Positions 25,376 through 33,598 of a DNA stretch of 37,106 nucleotides are shown piece by piece. The DNA is from Saprospiraceae bacterium. GTDB lineage: Bacteria > Bacteroidota > Bacteroidia > Chitinophagales > Saprospiraceae. The stretch spans positions 1 to 37,106 of the forward strand of contig JADZBJ010000253.1 in the NCBI GenBank assembly GCA_020852155.1, read 5' to 3'. How positions within the stretch are numbered: position 1 is the first letter of the stretch; the number at the start of each line of letters is the position of its first letter. A model generated the notes under the pieces. The model worked only from the letters and a program-made list of their open reading frames with translations, did not search any database and was not told the origin of the DNA. Both the position numbers and the translations under genes were made by a program.

Positions 25376-25855
25376 TCAAGGTAAGAGTATATCTTTTATA
25401 AAGTTGAGTATTGAAAGAAGGAATGCCCCAATAGCAATTAGTAGAGATAAATTTTGTTTTCCCCAGAATTTTTTTTGTCGTTCCTGCATATCTTCAATTG
25501 TTTTGAGCCTAAATACTAAATCTTCTAACTGAAAACTCTTCAGTTTAAAATCTAATTCATCTTTAATGCGTTTGTTTTGCTCTTCTTTCTTTAGTTCACT
25601 CAAATATTCAACATAGCTTTTACCACTCCTTGCGAATTCCAACCCTTTAGTATTTAACTTATACATTGGCTCATTGACTCTCTTATAACTAGTAATGAAA
25701 TCATATTTTTCAAGGTGAGCAGCAGCATGAATAATGTCAATATCGGTAATACCACTCTCCTTACCCGCATGCCATATTTGCGTTTTTGACACGCCGTTTA
25801 TATTTGAAAGCCTTAAGATTATATCTGAGGCTTTTATTTCATTTTCATTTAACAT
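25376..25855 (-). CDS. Low-GC orphan protein: wHTH-like N-terminus, coiled coil, C-terminal TM anchor
   Basis: A 159-aa protein. The N-terminal about 75 aa (..DIILRLSNINGVSKTQIWHAGKESGITDIDIIHAAAHLEKYDFITSYKR..) look like a winged helix. The middle is K/E-rich. The C-terminus NLSLLIAIGAFLLSILNFI is hydrophobic. GC is clearly below the flanks. Confidence 0.55.
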   Translation of the reverse strand: MLNENEIKASDIILRLSNINGVSKTQIWHAGKESGITDIDIIHAAAHLEKYDFITSYKRVNEPMYKLNTKGLEFARSGKSYVEYLSELKKEEQNKRIKDELDFKLKSFQLEDLVFRLKTIEDMQERQKKFWGKQNLSLLIAIGAFLLSILNFIKDILLP

Positions 25856-26020
25856 AAAGATACTGTAAATTTGAGAGCAGGTGATGAAAACCCTGACATG
25901 AGCCTGTATTTACAATCTATAAGTTTAGGAATTGGTTATTAGGTTGTTTTTAAGATTCCTGAATGTACAAAAAACAAATAACCAATTCCACAAATAACCA
26001 AATAACCATCAAAAAAAAAA

Positions 26021-26421
26021 CCGCAAACCTGTAAGCCGGATTCTGTACTCCGACCGAAATCGGAGCCTCTGTCATTTATCTGGGCCGTCGGTTCACACCG
26101 GGGCTCTGCGCTGCCTACCCCCCTTGCCCTGCCAGCGAACCGGCAAATTGTGCGAGCAGCACACTTCCCGAAACCGGGATGCAAGGTGTACATGGCATTT
26201 CAACCCGCAAGGTTTATCCACCTTCTGCATTGCTGCAAAACGTCGTGCGCTCTTACCGCACGTTTTCACCCTTACCTTTTGCTACCCCTAGAAAAGGCGG
26301 TAATTTTCTGTGACACTCTCTATCATGCCGGGCCTTCGCTCGGCACGTCCGCCAGTTAGGCGGTGCGGCGCTCTGTGTTGTCCGGACTTTCCTCCCCTTA
26401 AGGCGACAGAGCGGTTTGCGG
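26021..26421 (-). ncRNA. rnpB: RNase P RNA, bacterial type A
   Basis: Read on the minus strand: GAGGAAAGUCCGGA (rc of 26381-26394), GGUAAGGGUGAAAACGUGCGGUAAGAGCGCACG (rc of 26244-26276), CCAGAUAAAUGACAGAGG, and ACAGAAUCCGGCUUACAG (rc of 26029-26046). The P1 stem is CCGCAAACC (26413-26421 rc) paired with GGUUUGCGG (26021-26029 rc). A T10 run follows the 3' end. Confidence 0.95.
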
Positions 26422-26670
26422 TTTTATAGTTTGGCGTAGAGTTTGTTTAGAACTTGACTGTTATTTTCTCGCTTGGCCTAAAACAGTTCTTTTCTCCGCA
26501 CTTTTACCCTTTTTTCAGTCATGTAGCACCGCTATACTCCTTCAAAAAGGATAAAAGTGGTAAAAAAAGCCCTCGTTTTTGTCTCAAGCAGAAAATCTCA
26601 GACAAGTTCTTAGGTACATTTGCACCGATTTCCAAACCCCTCATTTTATTTCTTTCGCTGAATACTTGCG

Positions 26671-29600
26671 ATGCTTAAACGTTCGCTTTCATACATAGTG
26701 GTTCTTTTGATCCTGTTGGGCCTGGCACTGAGTGCCGACCAGTGGGACAAAGATACAACGCTATTGCAGCAATACGCTGACGAAATCTCTGATTGGTCAG
26801 CTGAGCAACTTCGCCTGGCCGACGCCTGGCAACCCGGCAAAACCGATGCCGAGGGCATGCAGGCCACTGTTATGCTCCATCGGTCTGACTCGGTATTGTC
26901 CTGGTCAAACACCTACGTCATGCCGATTGGCACAGACCTGAAACGCTGGTCAGCGCAATCAGGTTTCAGCCTTCAGCATTTGCCTTCCGGCTGGCATATC
27001 CTGTCGGTCAAAGCAACCGGTGATGGCGCCCGAACAACGTTGGTACCGCTGAAATATGAACTGTCTTCGATTGTTTTTACAAAGAAAACTGTATTTCCGG
27101 CATTAAAAGGCGCTAACGAACATATCGTCATCAGCGCAGAAAAAACAGACTATCCGATTATTGTTGATGGCAAGGCACTGGCCTGGCTGACTACGGACGG
27201 ACCTGTTCAGTCTGTACTTTTTCAATGGGTAAAGTTTTTAGCCTGGTCGTTGTTTCTGCTGGTTTTACTTGCCCTGACGCAACTCTGGGGCGCCTACCTG
27301 CTAAATCGCTACGGACGATGGGCCGGACAGGGTTTGGTTTTGGCGATATGCCTGGGGTTGTGGATTTTTAATGCACAAACAGGGTTTCTCACCCGCGAAC
27401 TCGGCGCTTTGCCAGCGTTTTCACAGCAATTTGATGGCACGGCCAGTATCGGACGATCTATTGGCGACTGGTTATTTAATATTCTGCTGCTGGTCTGGGC
27501 CATGATTTTCTTCCACCGTACGCCGCGCCGCCCGGCGCCTGTGCCAACGGCAGAGGAAGCCTTGCTAATGCTTGAGCCGGAAAGCGCACCGCTGCCGCCT
27601 GCTCCATCTGACGGTAAAAAAATGTTGCTGGGCAGTTTATCCTATTTATTGTCGATGTCCAGTGTCATGGCGGCTACTGAAATTATCAGGCAATTAATTG
27701 ACCATGCGCCGCTCACTTTTGATTTTGACCACTTGCTCAGTCTCGGCGCGACGGGAATATTGGTGTTGTTGGGCATCGTCGGTTTGATGATTGGCATGTT
27801 TTTGTTCAGCCACCGACTTATTTTGACTGTACGCGATCTGGGCATGCCGCGCCAGCAGCGACTCACAGCCCTGGGTATCGCCACCGTTGTATTTGCGATC
27901 ATTTGCTTTGTCGTTGGTGGACTCGGGTTAAATCCGTTGTTATTGCTGGCCCTGGGTGTTGTATTTGCAGCAACTTTTGATGCGTATGTACAATGGGATT
28001 CGACGGGATTCGGTTGGCTGGTTTGCTGGTTGTTGCTCTTTTCGCTGTTTGGTTCGACCGTTTTATATCGTTATAATTTACAGAAAGACAACGCATTGCG
28101 TATCGCTTATGCCCGCAACCTGGCGGATGGTCGCGATGTGGAACATACCGAGGTAAAACTGGCATCATTATCCGCGTCGCTGCAAAAAGACACCGACGAT
28201 CTCGGCCGACTGTTGAACCCATGGCCGTTCAAAGCTAATGCCGATAAATTGGGCGCTGAAATCGAGCGCCAGTTAATTCAGGAGAACTACCTGTTCCAAC
28301 ACTATCGCGCTGAAATACTGGCCTACGATCAGGAGCACCAAGCCTTATTGCGCGATCAGGCGGGTACTTATGCGACCACACAACAAATCTGGTCGGCGGC
28401 CAAGGCACTGGATGTCGCCCCTGGTTTCCGATATGGCGTTGATACGGAAGGACGTTCATGCTACATCACCCGGCTGAATATAGCACGCATGGGCGACCCG
28501 AACCAGCCTGCCGAACTGTACATCGTTTTGCGCCACTCCTTCCCGAGCGTGACGCGCGTGTACGATCAGATGTTCAGGAGCGCCCCTTATAAAAACATGG
28601 CCCTGCTGCCGCGTTTTGATTTTGCGGTACAGCAAAGCGGCCGAATTGTAGCCGAACAAGGCCGCAGCAACCCGGCAGTTTTGAATACTTCCCTTGAAAA
28701 TGGCGCTGCAACCATCATCGAAAATGACGACCTGAACCGAAGTGATGCCGTTGCCAAAAGCGATGATGGCAAAACAGTCGCCGCTGTGGGTAAAAATTAT
28801 AGCGGCTGGCTGAAACAGGTTTATTTGTTCTCGGTCATATTCAGCCTGGCGTCTTTGCTGTTGTTTGGTTTGGCGTTCGCCAATTCATGGTTGCACTTTT
28901 TACCCGAAGAATATAACCTGCGCCTCTCTGCCCGCGGCTCGCTGGCCAAGCGCATTCATATCTGGAATATTTCATTGCTGGCGCTGGCTTTTGCCGTAGT
29001 TGGCTACCTGACTTATCGCCATTTCACCGGGACTGCCCGGGACACCGCCAGTAATGAAATGGCCTACCGCGCCGATGCATTGTTGAGCAGCCTGAAAATT
29101 CAGGCATTGAACAATAATGTTTCCGCCGACAGCCTGCGTCATACCCTGCCGCAATTGCTGCGGTTGATGTCGTCCAGCATTTCTACTGACGCTAACTTGT
29201 ATGCACCCGACGGTTCACTGATTTTTTCTTCGCAAAACAACCTCGTTCAGAGCGGACTTTTATCCGGAAAAATGAACCCCGAAGCGTTGCGCGAACTTGG
29301 CCAGCCCAATGTGACGAAAGTCGTAAAATCCGAAACGGCCGCAGGATTTCAATATTTTAATCAATACCTGAGCGTACGCGACAGGCAGAATAACCTGTTG
29401 GGCTACCTGGCTGTGCCCTACAAAATCAGCGACAAAGCCGCCGAGAGCAGTGATGTTTCCGACTTCATCGGTATGCTGGCCAGTTTGTATGTGTTCCTGC
29501 TGCTGATTGCATTTGTCGTTACGCTGCTGCTGGCGCAAAGCATTATCAAGCCTGTTTCCTTGTTGTCGGAAAAAGTGCGCCAACTCAGACTTGACGATAA

Positions 29601-30408
29601 AAACGAACCACTGCCCTACGATGGCGACACGCAGGATGAAATCAGCGAGTTGATCGGGCAATACAATATCATGGTGGGCAAACTCGAAGCCTCCAAATTG
29701 CAAATGGTACGCCTCGAACGTGAAGGGGCCTGGCGCGAAATGGCCCGTCAGGTGGCGCACGACATCAAGAACCCGCTGACCACCATGAAACTTTCGATGC
29801 AGCAACTGGAGCGCGTATCGAACAACCCGGAACAGGCTGCGGCCTACCTGCGCAAAGCCATTACGCGACTGATCGAACAGATTGACTCGCTGGCGCAAAT
29901 CGCTTCCGAGTTTTCGATGTTCGCCAACCTCGATATCCGCAACAAGAGCGATGTGGTGCTGAATGAAGTGGTCGAAAGCGTTCACGACCTGTTTAGTGAG
30001 CAGAAAAATGTGGACCTAAACCTGACGCTGCCTTCTGAAAAATTGCATATTCAGGGCGATAAAAACCACTTGATTCGTGTATTTAACAACCTGGTTATCA
30101 ACGCGATACAGGCCATTCCAAGCGACCGCCGCGGACAAATACAGGTTTCGTTGACGCGCTGGAATGAAAGTGCTTTGGTTAAAATTTCGGACAATGGCGG
30201 CGGCATTCCACCTGAAATTCGGGAAAGGGTTTTTGAACCTAATTTCACGACCAAAACCTCCGGTAGCGGTCTGGGCCTGGCCATTTGTAAAAAAATTATT
30301 GAACAACACGACGGCGATATTCGCTTTGAAACCCGTGATAATGACGGCACCGACTTCTTCGTGGAAATTCCAGTCACGCAAGTTGGTCTGCAAATGAAAT
30401 TCCCGTAA
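26671..30408 (+). CDS. Large multi-TM sensor histidine kinase (HAMP-like linker, HisKA, HATPase_c), no adjacent response regulator
   Basis: The H-box is REMARQVAHDIKNPLTTM, the N-box NNLVINAIQAI, the G1 box ISDNGGGIPPEIRERVFEPNFTTK, and the G2 box GSGLGLAICKKIIEQHDG. The N-terminal about 950 aa hold two clusters of hydrophobic helices separated by soluble regions. Confidence 0.9.
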   Translation: MLKRSLSYIVVLLILLGLALSADQWDKDTTLLQQYADEISDWSAEQLRLADAWQPGKTDAEGMQATVMLHRSDSVLSWSNTYVMPIGTDLKRWSAQSGFSLQHLPSGWHILSVKATGDGARTTLVPLKYELSSIVFTKKTVFPALKGANEHIVISAEKTDYPIIVDGKALAWLTTDGPVQSVLFQWVKFLAWSLFLLVLLALTQLWGAYLLNRYGRWAGQGLVLAICLGLWIFNAQTGFLTRELGALPAFSQQFDGTASIGRSIGDWLFNILLLVWAMIFFHRTPRRPAPVPTAEEALLMLEPESAPLPPAPSDGKKMLLGSLSYLLSMSSVMAATEIIRQLIDHAPLTFDFDHLLSLGATGILVLLGIVGLMIGMFLFSHRLILTVRDLGMPRQQRLTALGIATVVFAIICFVVGGLGLNPLLLLALGVVFAATFDAYVQWDSTGFGWLVCWLLLFSLFGSTVLYRYNLQKDNALRIAYARNLADGRDVEHTEVKLASLSASLQKDTDDLGRLLNPWPFKANADKLGAEIERQLIQENYLFQHYRAEILAYDQEHQALLRDQAGTYATTQQIWSAAKALDVAPGFRYGVDTEGRSCYITRLNIARMGDPNQPAELYIVLRHSFPSVTRVYDQMFRSAPYKNMALLPRFDFAVQQSGRIVAEQGRSNPAVLNTSLENGAATIIENDDLNRSDAVAKSDDGKTVAAVGKNYSGWLKQVYLFSVIFSLASLLLFGLAFANSWLHFLPEEYNLRLSARGSLAKRIHIWNISLLALAFAVVGYLTYRHFTGTARDTASNEMAYRADALLSSLKIQALNNNVSADSLRHTLPQLLRLMSSSISTDANLYAPDGSLIFSSQNNLVQSGLLSGKMNPEALRELGQPNVTKVVKSETAAGFQYFNQYLSVRDRQNNLLGYLAVPYKISDKAAESSDVSDFIGMLASLYVFLLLIAFVVTLLLAQSIIKPVSLLSEKVRQLRLDDKNEPLPYDGDTQDEISELIGQYNIMVGKLEASKLQMVRLEREGAWREMARQVAHDIKNPLTTMKLSMQQLERVSNNPEQAAAYLRKAITRLIEQIDSLAQIASEFSMFANLDIRNKSDVVLNEVVESVHDLFSEQKNVDLNLTLPSEKLHIQGDKNHLIRVFNNLVINAIQAIPSDRRGQIQVSLTRWNESALVKISDNGGGIPPEIRERVFEPNFTTKTSGSGLGLAICKKIIEQHDGDIRFETRDNDGTDFFVEIPVTQVGLQMKFP

Positions 30409-30413
30409 TCGAA

Positions 30414-31844
30414 ATGAATATACTGCCCCCCTCTGATATTCAATCGTTGCAAGACGCACTCCGCAACGGGCAATTCACTTGCCGCGAAGTCGTGGAATTT
30501 CACCTGAAACAGGCTGAAAGATTCCAACACCTGAATGCCTACGTTGAACTGTGGCCTGAAGAAGCGCTGCAAAAAGCGGATGAAACAGATCGCCTCCTGC
30601 GCGAACGCCCCGAAAAACTCGGTCGGCTGTTTGGCGTAACGGTGAGCCTGAAAGACAATATCTGCTATGCCGGACATCGCGTTACGGCCGCATCAAAAAT
30701 TCTGGAAGGTTTTCAGTCCGTATTTTCAGCCACCGCAGTTGAACGAATTCTGGCAGAAGGCGCCATCATCATTGGCCGTACCAACTGCGACCAGTTTGGC
30801 ATGGGTTCCAGCAATGAAAATTCTGTCTATGGCCCTGTGCGCAATGCGCTCGATGAAGCGCGCGTGCCCGGCGGCTCGTCGGGCGGCGCAGCAGTAGCCA
30901 TCCAAACTCGAACCTGCCTGCTGGCCTTAGGTAGCGATACTGGTGGCTCGGTGCGCCAACCTGCCGGGTTTTGCGGCATTTGGGGATTTAAACCGACTTA
31001 CGGGCGAATCTCCCGACACGGGCTACTGGCTTATGGCTCTTCATTTGACCAGATCGGCATCCTGGCCAACACGCCCGACGACATCGCATTGGCGCTGGAA
31101 ATTATGGCCGGGCCGGATGAATATGACAGTACCGCGTTGCAAACGCCATTATCCACCATAACATCAGGAAAAACCAAGATAAAAATCGCCATTTTCCCAC
31201 AGGTTTTTGAAAGTCAGGGACTTGAATCAGGCGTTCGTGCTATAACCGAAGTGTACATTGAGCAACTTCGCGAGGCCGGACATGTAGTGGAAAATGTCGA
31301 ATTTGATCTGTTGGAGTATATCATCCCAACATATTATGTCCTCACAACGGCCGAAGCGAGCAGTAACCTGTCGCGTTACGACGGCGTCCGCTATGGTTAC
31401 CGCAACCCCAATGCCCGGACGCTGGAAGAAACCTATCTGCTCAGTCGCTCAGAAGGATTCAGCGATGAGGTAAAAAGGCGGATTTTGCTCGGTACATTCG
31501 TGCTTAGCAGCGGCTACTACGACGCCTATTATTCCAAGGCGCAACAGGCCCGACGCATGATTAAAAACCGGATAGACGACATTTTCAAAACCTACGATTT
31601 CATTCTGATGCCGGTTGCTCCTTCTGTGGCATGGCGTTTTGGTGAAAAATCGGACGATCCGGTGGCGATGTACCTGTCAGATATCTACACCGTTCTGGCC
31701 AATTTGGCGGGCGTTCCGGCCCTGGCTTTTCCCATCGGGGAGCATCCCGAACTCAATTTGCCCGTCGGCGCCCAGTTGATGGCAGCGTATGGCGAAGATT
31801 GGCGTTTACTGGATATAAAATGGGCACTGATGAATGCTGAATGA
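30414..31844 (+). CDS. gatA: Glu-tRNA(Gln)/Asp-tRNA(Asn) amidotransferase subunit A
   Basis: The amidase signature is GGSSGGAAVAIQ...GSDTGGSVRQPAGFCG. The 476-aa protein is colinear with GatA. It starts 5 nt after the kinase stop. Confidence 0.9.
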   Translation: MNILPPSDIQSLQDALRNGQFTCREVVEFHLKQAERFQHLNAYVELWPEEALQKADETDRLLRERPEKLGRLFGVTVSLKDNICYAGHRVTAASKILEGFQSVFSATAVERILAEGAIIIGRTNCDQFGMGSSNENSVYGPVRNALDEARVPGGSSGGAAVAIQTRTCLLALGSDTGGSVRQPAGFCGIWGFKPTYGRISRHGLLAYGSSFDQIGILANTPDDIALALEIMAGPDEYDSTALQTPLSTITSGKTKIKIAIFPQVFESQGLESGVRAITEVYIEQLREAGHVVENVEFDLLEYIIPTYYVLTTAEASSNLSRYDGVRYGYRNPNARTLEETYLLSRSEGFSDEVKRRILLGTFVLSSGYYDAYYSKAQQARRMIKNRIDDIFKTYDFILMPVAPSVAWRFGEKSDDPVAMYLSDIYTVLANLAGVPALAFPIGEHPELNLPVGAQLMAAYGEDWRLLDIKWALMNAE

Positions 31845-31879
31845 TAAATACCGAACTGGCAATCAAAACTTGCTACAAC

Positions 31880-31933
31880 CTAATCCAGAAACGATAATCC
31901 TGCAAATCCAAAAATCCAGTAAATCCTGATCCT
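31880..31933 (+). repeat. Array of six AATCC(W)G-type short motifs abutting a start codon
   Basis: ctaatccagaaacgataatcctgcaaatccaaaaatccagtaaatcctgatcctGTG. Related arrays are at 8726-8768 (plus), 23269-23310 (plus) and 23114-23159 (minus orientation, upstream of ubiX). Confidence 0.7.
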
Positions 31934-32971
31934 GTGATAAAAAAAATACTTCAATTTTTACTCTTTCTCGGCATCGGCGTGCTGGTCATGTGGCTGGTAT
32001 TTCGCAGTCAAAACACCGCCTTTCAGGAACAATGTCGCCTGGATGGTGTGCCTTCTGACCAATGCAGCCTGACCGATAAGTTGCTGCACGATTTTTCGAC
32101 GGTGAACATCGGCTGGATTCTGGCTGTATTGGCGGCGTTTACGGTCAGCAATATGTTTCGTGCCTGGCGCTGGCAAATGCTGATGGAGCCTTTGGGGTAT
32201 CAGGTGCGTTTTTCCAATGCTTTTTTGACCATTTTGCTGGGCTATTTCGCCAACCTGGGTTTACCACGCATGGGCGAGGTAGTCAGGGCGGGGTCGTTGT
32301 CGCGTTATGAAAATGTACCGCTGGAAAAAGTCATGGGTACGCTGGTCATTGACCGCCTGATGGATTTTATCTGTCTGATCATCGTTGTCGGGTTGGCCTT
32401 CTTGTTTGAAGGAAAAATCTTGTTACAATTCATTGAATCCGGACGCCAGGGTGGTAGCGGAGGCAGTAGTCTTTTGACGCATCCGCTGGTTTTGACGGCT
32501 GGCGCGTTGGCGGTACTGGGCGGTATTTTTCTTCTTGTTTTCTGGAAAAAACTGATGGAATTGGCCATTTTCAAGAAAATTGCCAGTATCGCCATTGGTT
32601 TTCGCGATGGTTTGCGCAGCGTATTCCAGTTGCGTCGGCCCGGACTGTTTTTGTTTTTCTCTGGCGGCATCTGGCTGATGTTTTACCTGCAATGCTATTT
32701 CAACCTGCTGGCTTTCCCGCCGACGGCGCAACTTTCGCTGGGTGCAGCACTGATGGTATTTGTATTTGGAACGCTGGGTTTTGTCATTCCCTCGCCGGGC
32801 GGTATGGGTACATTTCACGCACTGGCAATAGCCGGGCTGGCGTTATACGGCATTGGCGGCGGCGACGCATTTTCCTACGCCAATATTGCCTTTTTTGCCG
32901 TTCAAATTTTCTACAACCTCGTCGGCGGTATTCTTGCCCTGACGCTGTTGCCTATCCTTAACCGAAAATGA
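31934..32971 (+). CDS. Flippase-like / LPG-synthase-TM (UPF0104) family integral membrane protein
   Basis: A 345-aa protein with about 8 TM helices and a GTG start. FRAWRWQMLMEPLGY...LLGYFANLGLPRMGEVVRAG fits the UPF0104 pattern. Confidence 0.65.
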   Translation: MIKKILQFLLFLGIGVLVMWLVFRSQNTAFQEQCRLDGVPSDQCSLTDKLLHDFSTVNIGWILAVLAAFTVSNMFRAWRWQMLMEPLGYQVRFSNAFLTILLGYFANLGLPRMGEVVRAGSLSRYENVPLEKVMGTLVIDRLMDFICLIIVVGLAFLFEGKILLQFIESGRQGGSGGSSLLTHPLVLTAGALAVLGGIFLLVFWKKLMELAIFKKIASIAIGFRDGLRSVFQLRRPGLFLFFSGGIWLMFYLQCYFNLLAFPPTAQLSLGAALMVFVFGTLGFVIPSPGGMGTFHALAIAGLALYGIGGGDAFSYANIAFFAVQIFYNLVGGILALTLLPILNRK

Positions 32972-33471
32972 GCGCATTTGAACAAATAGCCTCCAAAATC
33001 ATGGATGCAGGCGAAGCAGCATCGCACATCGCTCAATGGCAATCAGCCGGGGAGGTGATCGTATTCACGAACGGCTGTTTTGACCTGCTGCATTACGGCC
33101 ATTTGCATTATCTGGCTGATGCCCGCGACCTTGGGCAACGATTGGTCATTGGCGTAAATTCGGCCGACTCGGTACGCCGACTAAAAGGCCCCAACCGTCC
33201 GATCAACGACGAACTTACACGTATGCACACGCTGGCTTCCCTGGCCATGGTGGATGCCGTAGTTGTTTTTTCAGAAGACACGCCCCTGAACTTAATCAGC
33301 GAATTAAAACCGGATATTCTGGTAAAAGGCGGCGACTGGCAACCACATCAGATCGTCGGCGCCGACCTCGTACTGGCTCGTGGCGGTCAGGTGCGCAGTC
33401 TGCCCTTCGTGGAAGGATATTCCACCACCAATATTGAACAGCGTATTCTGGAAAGACACGGAGTGAGTTAG
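32968..33471 (+). CDS. rfaE2: D-glycero-beta-D-manno-heptose-1-phosphate adenylyltransferase-like cytidylyltransferase (RfaE domain II type)
   Basis: The nucleotidyltransferase motif is VFTNGCFDLLHYGHLHYL. The 167-aa length fits. The ATGA start/stop overlaps the upstream gene. Confidence 0.8.
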   Translation: MSAFEQIASKIMDAGEAASHIAQWQSAGEVIVFTNGCFDLLHYGHLHYLADARDLGQRLVIGVNSADSVRRLKGPNRPINDELTRMHTLASLAMVDAVVVFSEDTPLNLISELKPDILVKGGDWQPHQIVGADLVLARGGQVRSLPFVEGYSTTNIEQRILERHGVS

Positions 33472-33598
33472 GAGTTGTGAGTTAGGGGTTATGAGTTAGG
33501 AGTTATGAGTTAGGGGTTATGAGTTATGAGTTAAAATGTTCATAATCAAAGCAATATGATGAATAACTCATAACCCCTAACTCACAACTCCTAACTCA
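33464..33598. terminator. Perfect 34-bp inverted repeat built of GAGTTAGG/GTTATGAGTT units between convergent genes
   Basis: tgagttaggagttgtgagttaggggttatgagtt (33464-33497) is the exact reverse complement of 33565-33598. The 67-nt loop contains further copies of the unit. Both flanking genes end inside the arms. Confidence 0.8.

Noticed and set aside
25939-26359. Track ORFs 25939..26193 (minus) and 26150..26359 (plus)
   Set aside because: Both lie on the RNase P RNA gene (26021-26421), whose conserved CR-I, CR-V and P10-12 sequences are unmistakable. The ORFs are non-coding artefacts.
29260-30677. Long minus-strand ORFs (241, 147 and 208 aa) inside the histidine kinase and gatA
   Set aside because: They are antisense to genes with complete catalytic motifs. 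The same applies to 12087..12680, 12970..13425, 14430..14885, 24061..24591 and 4849..5346, which are antisense to other well-supported genes.
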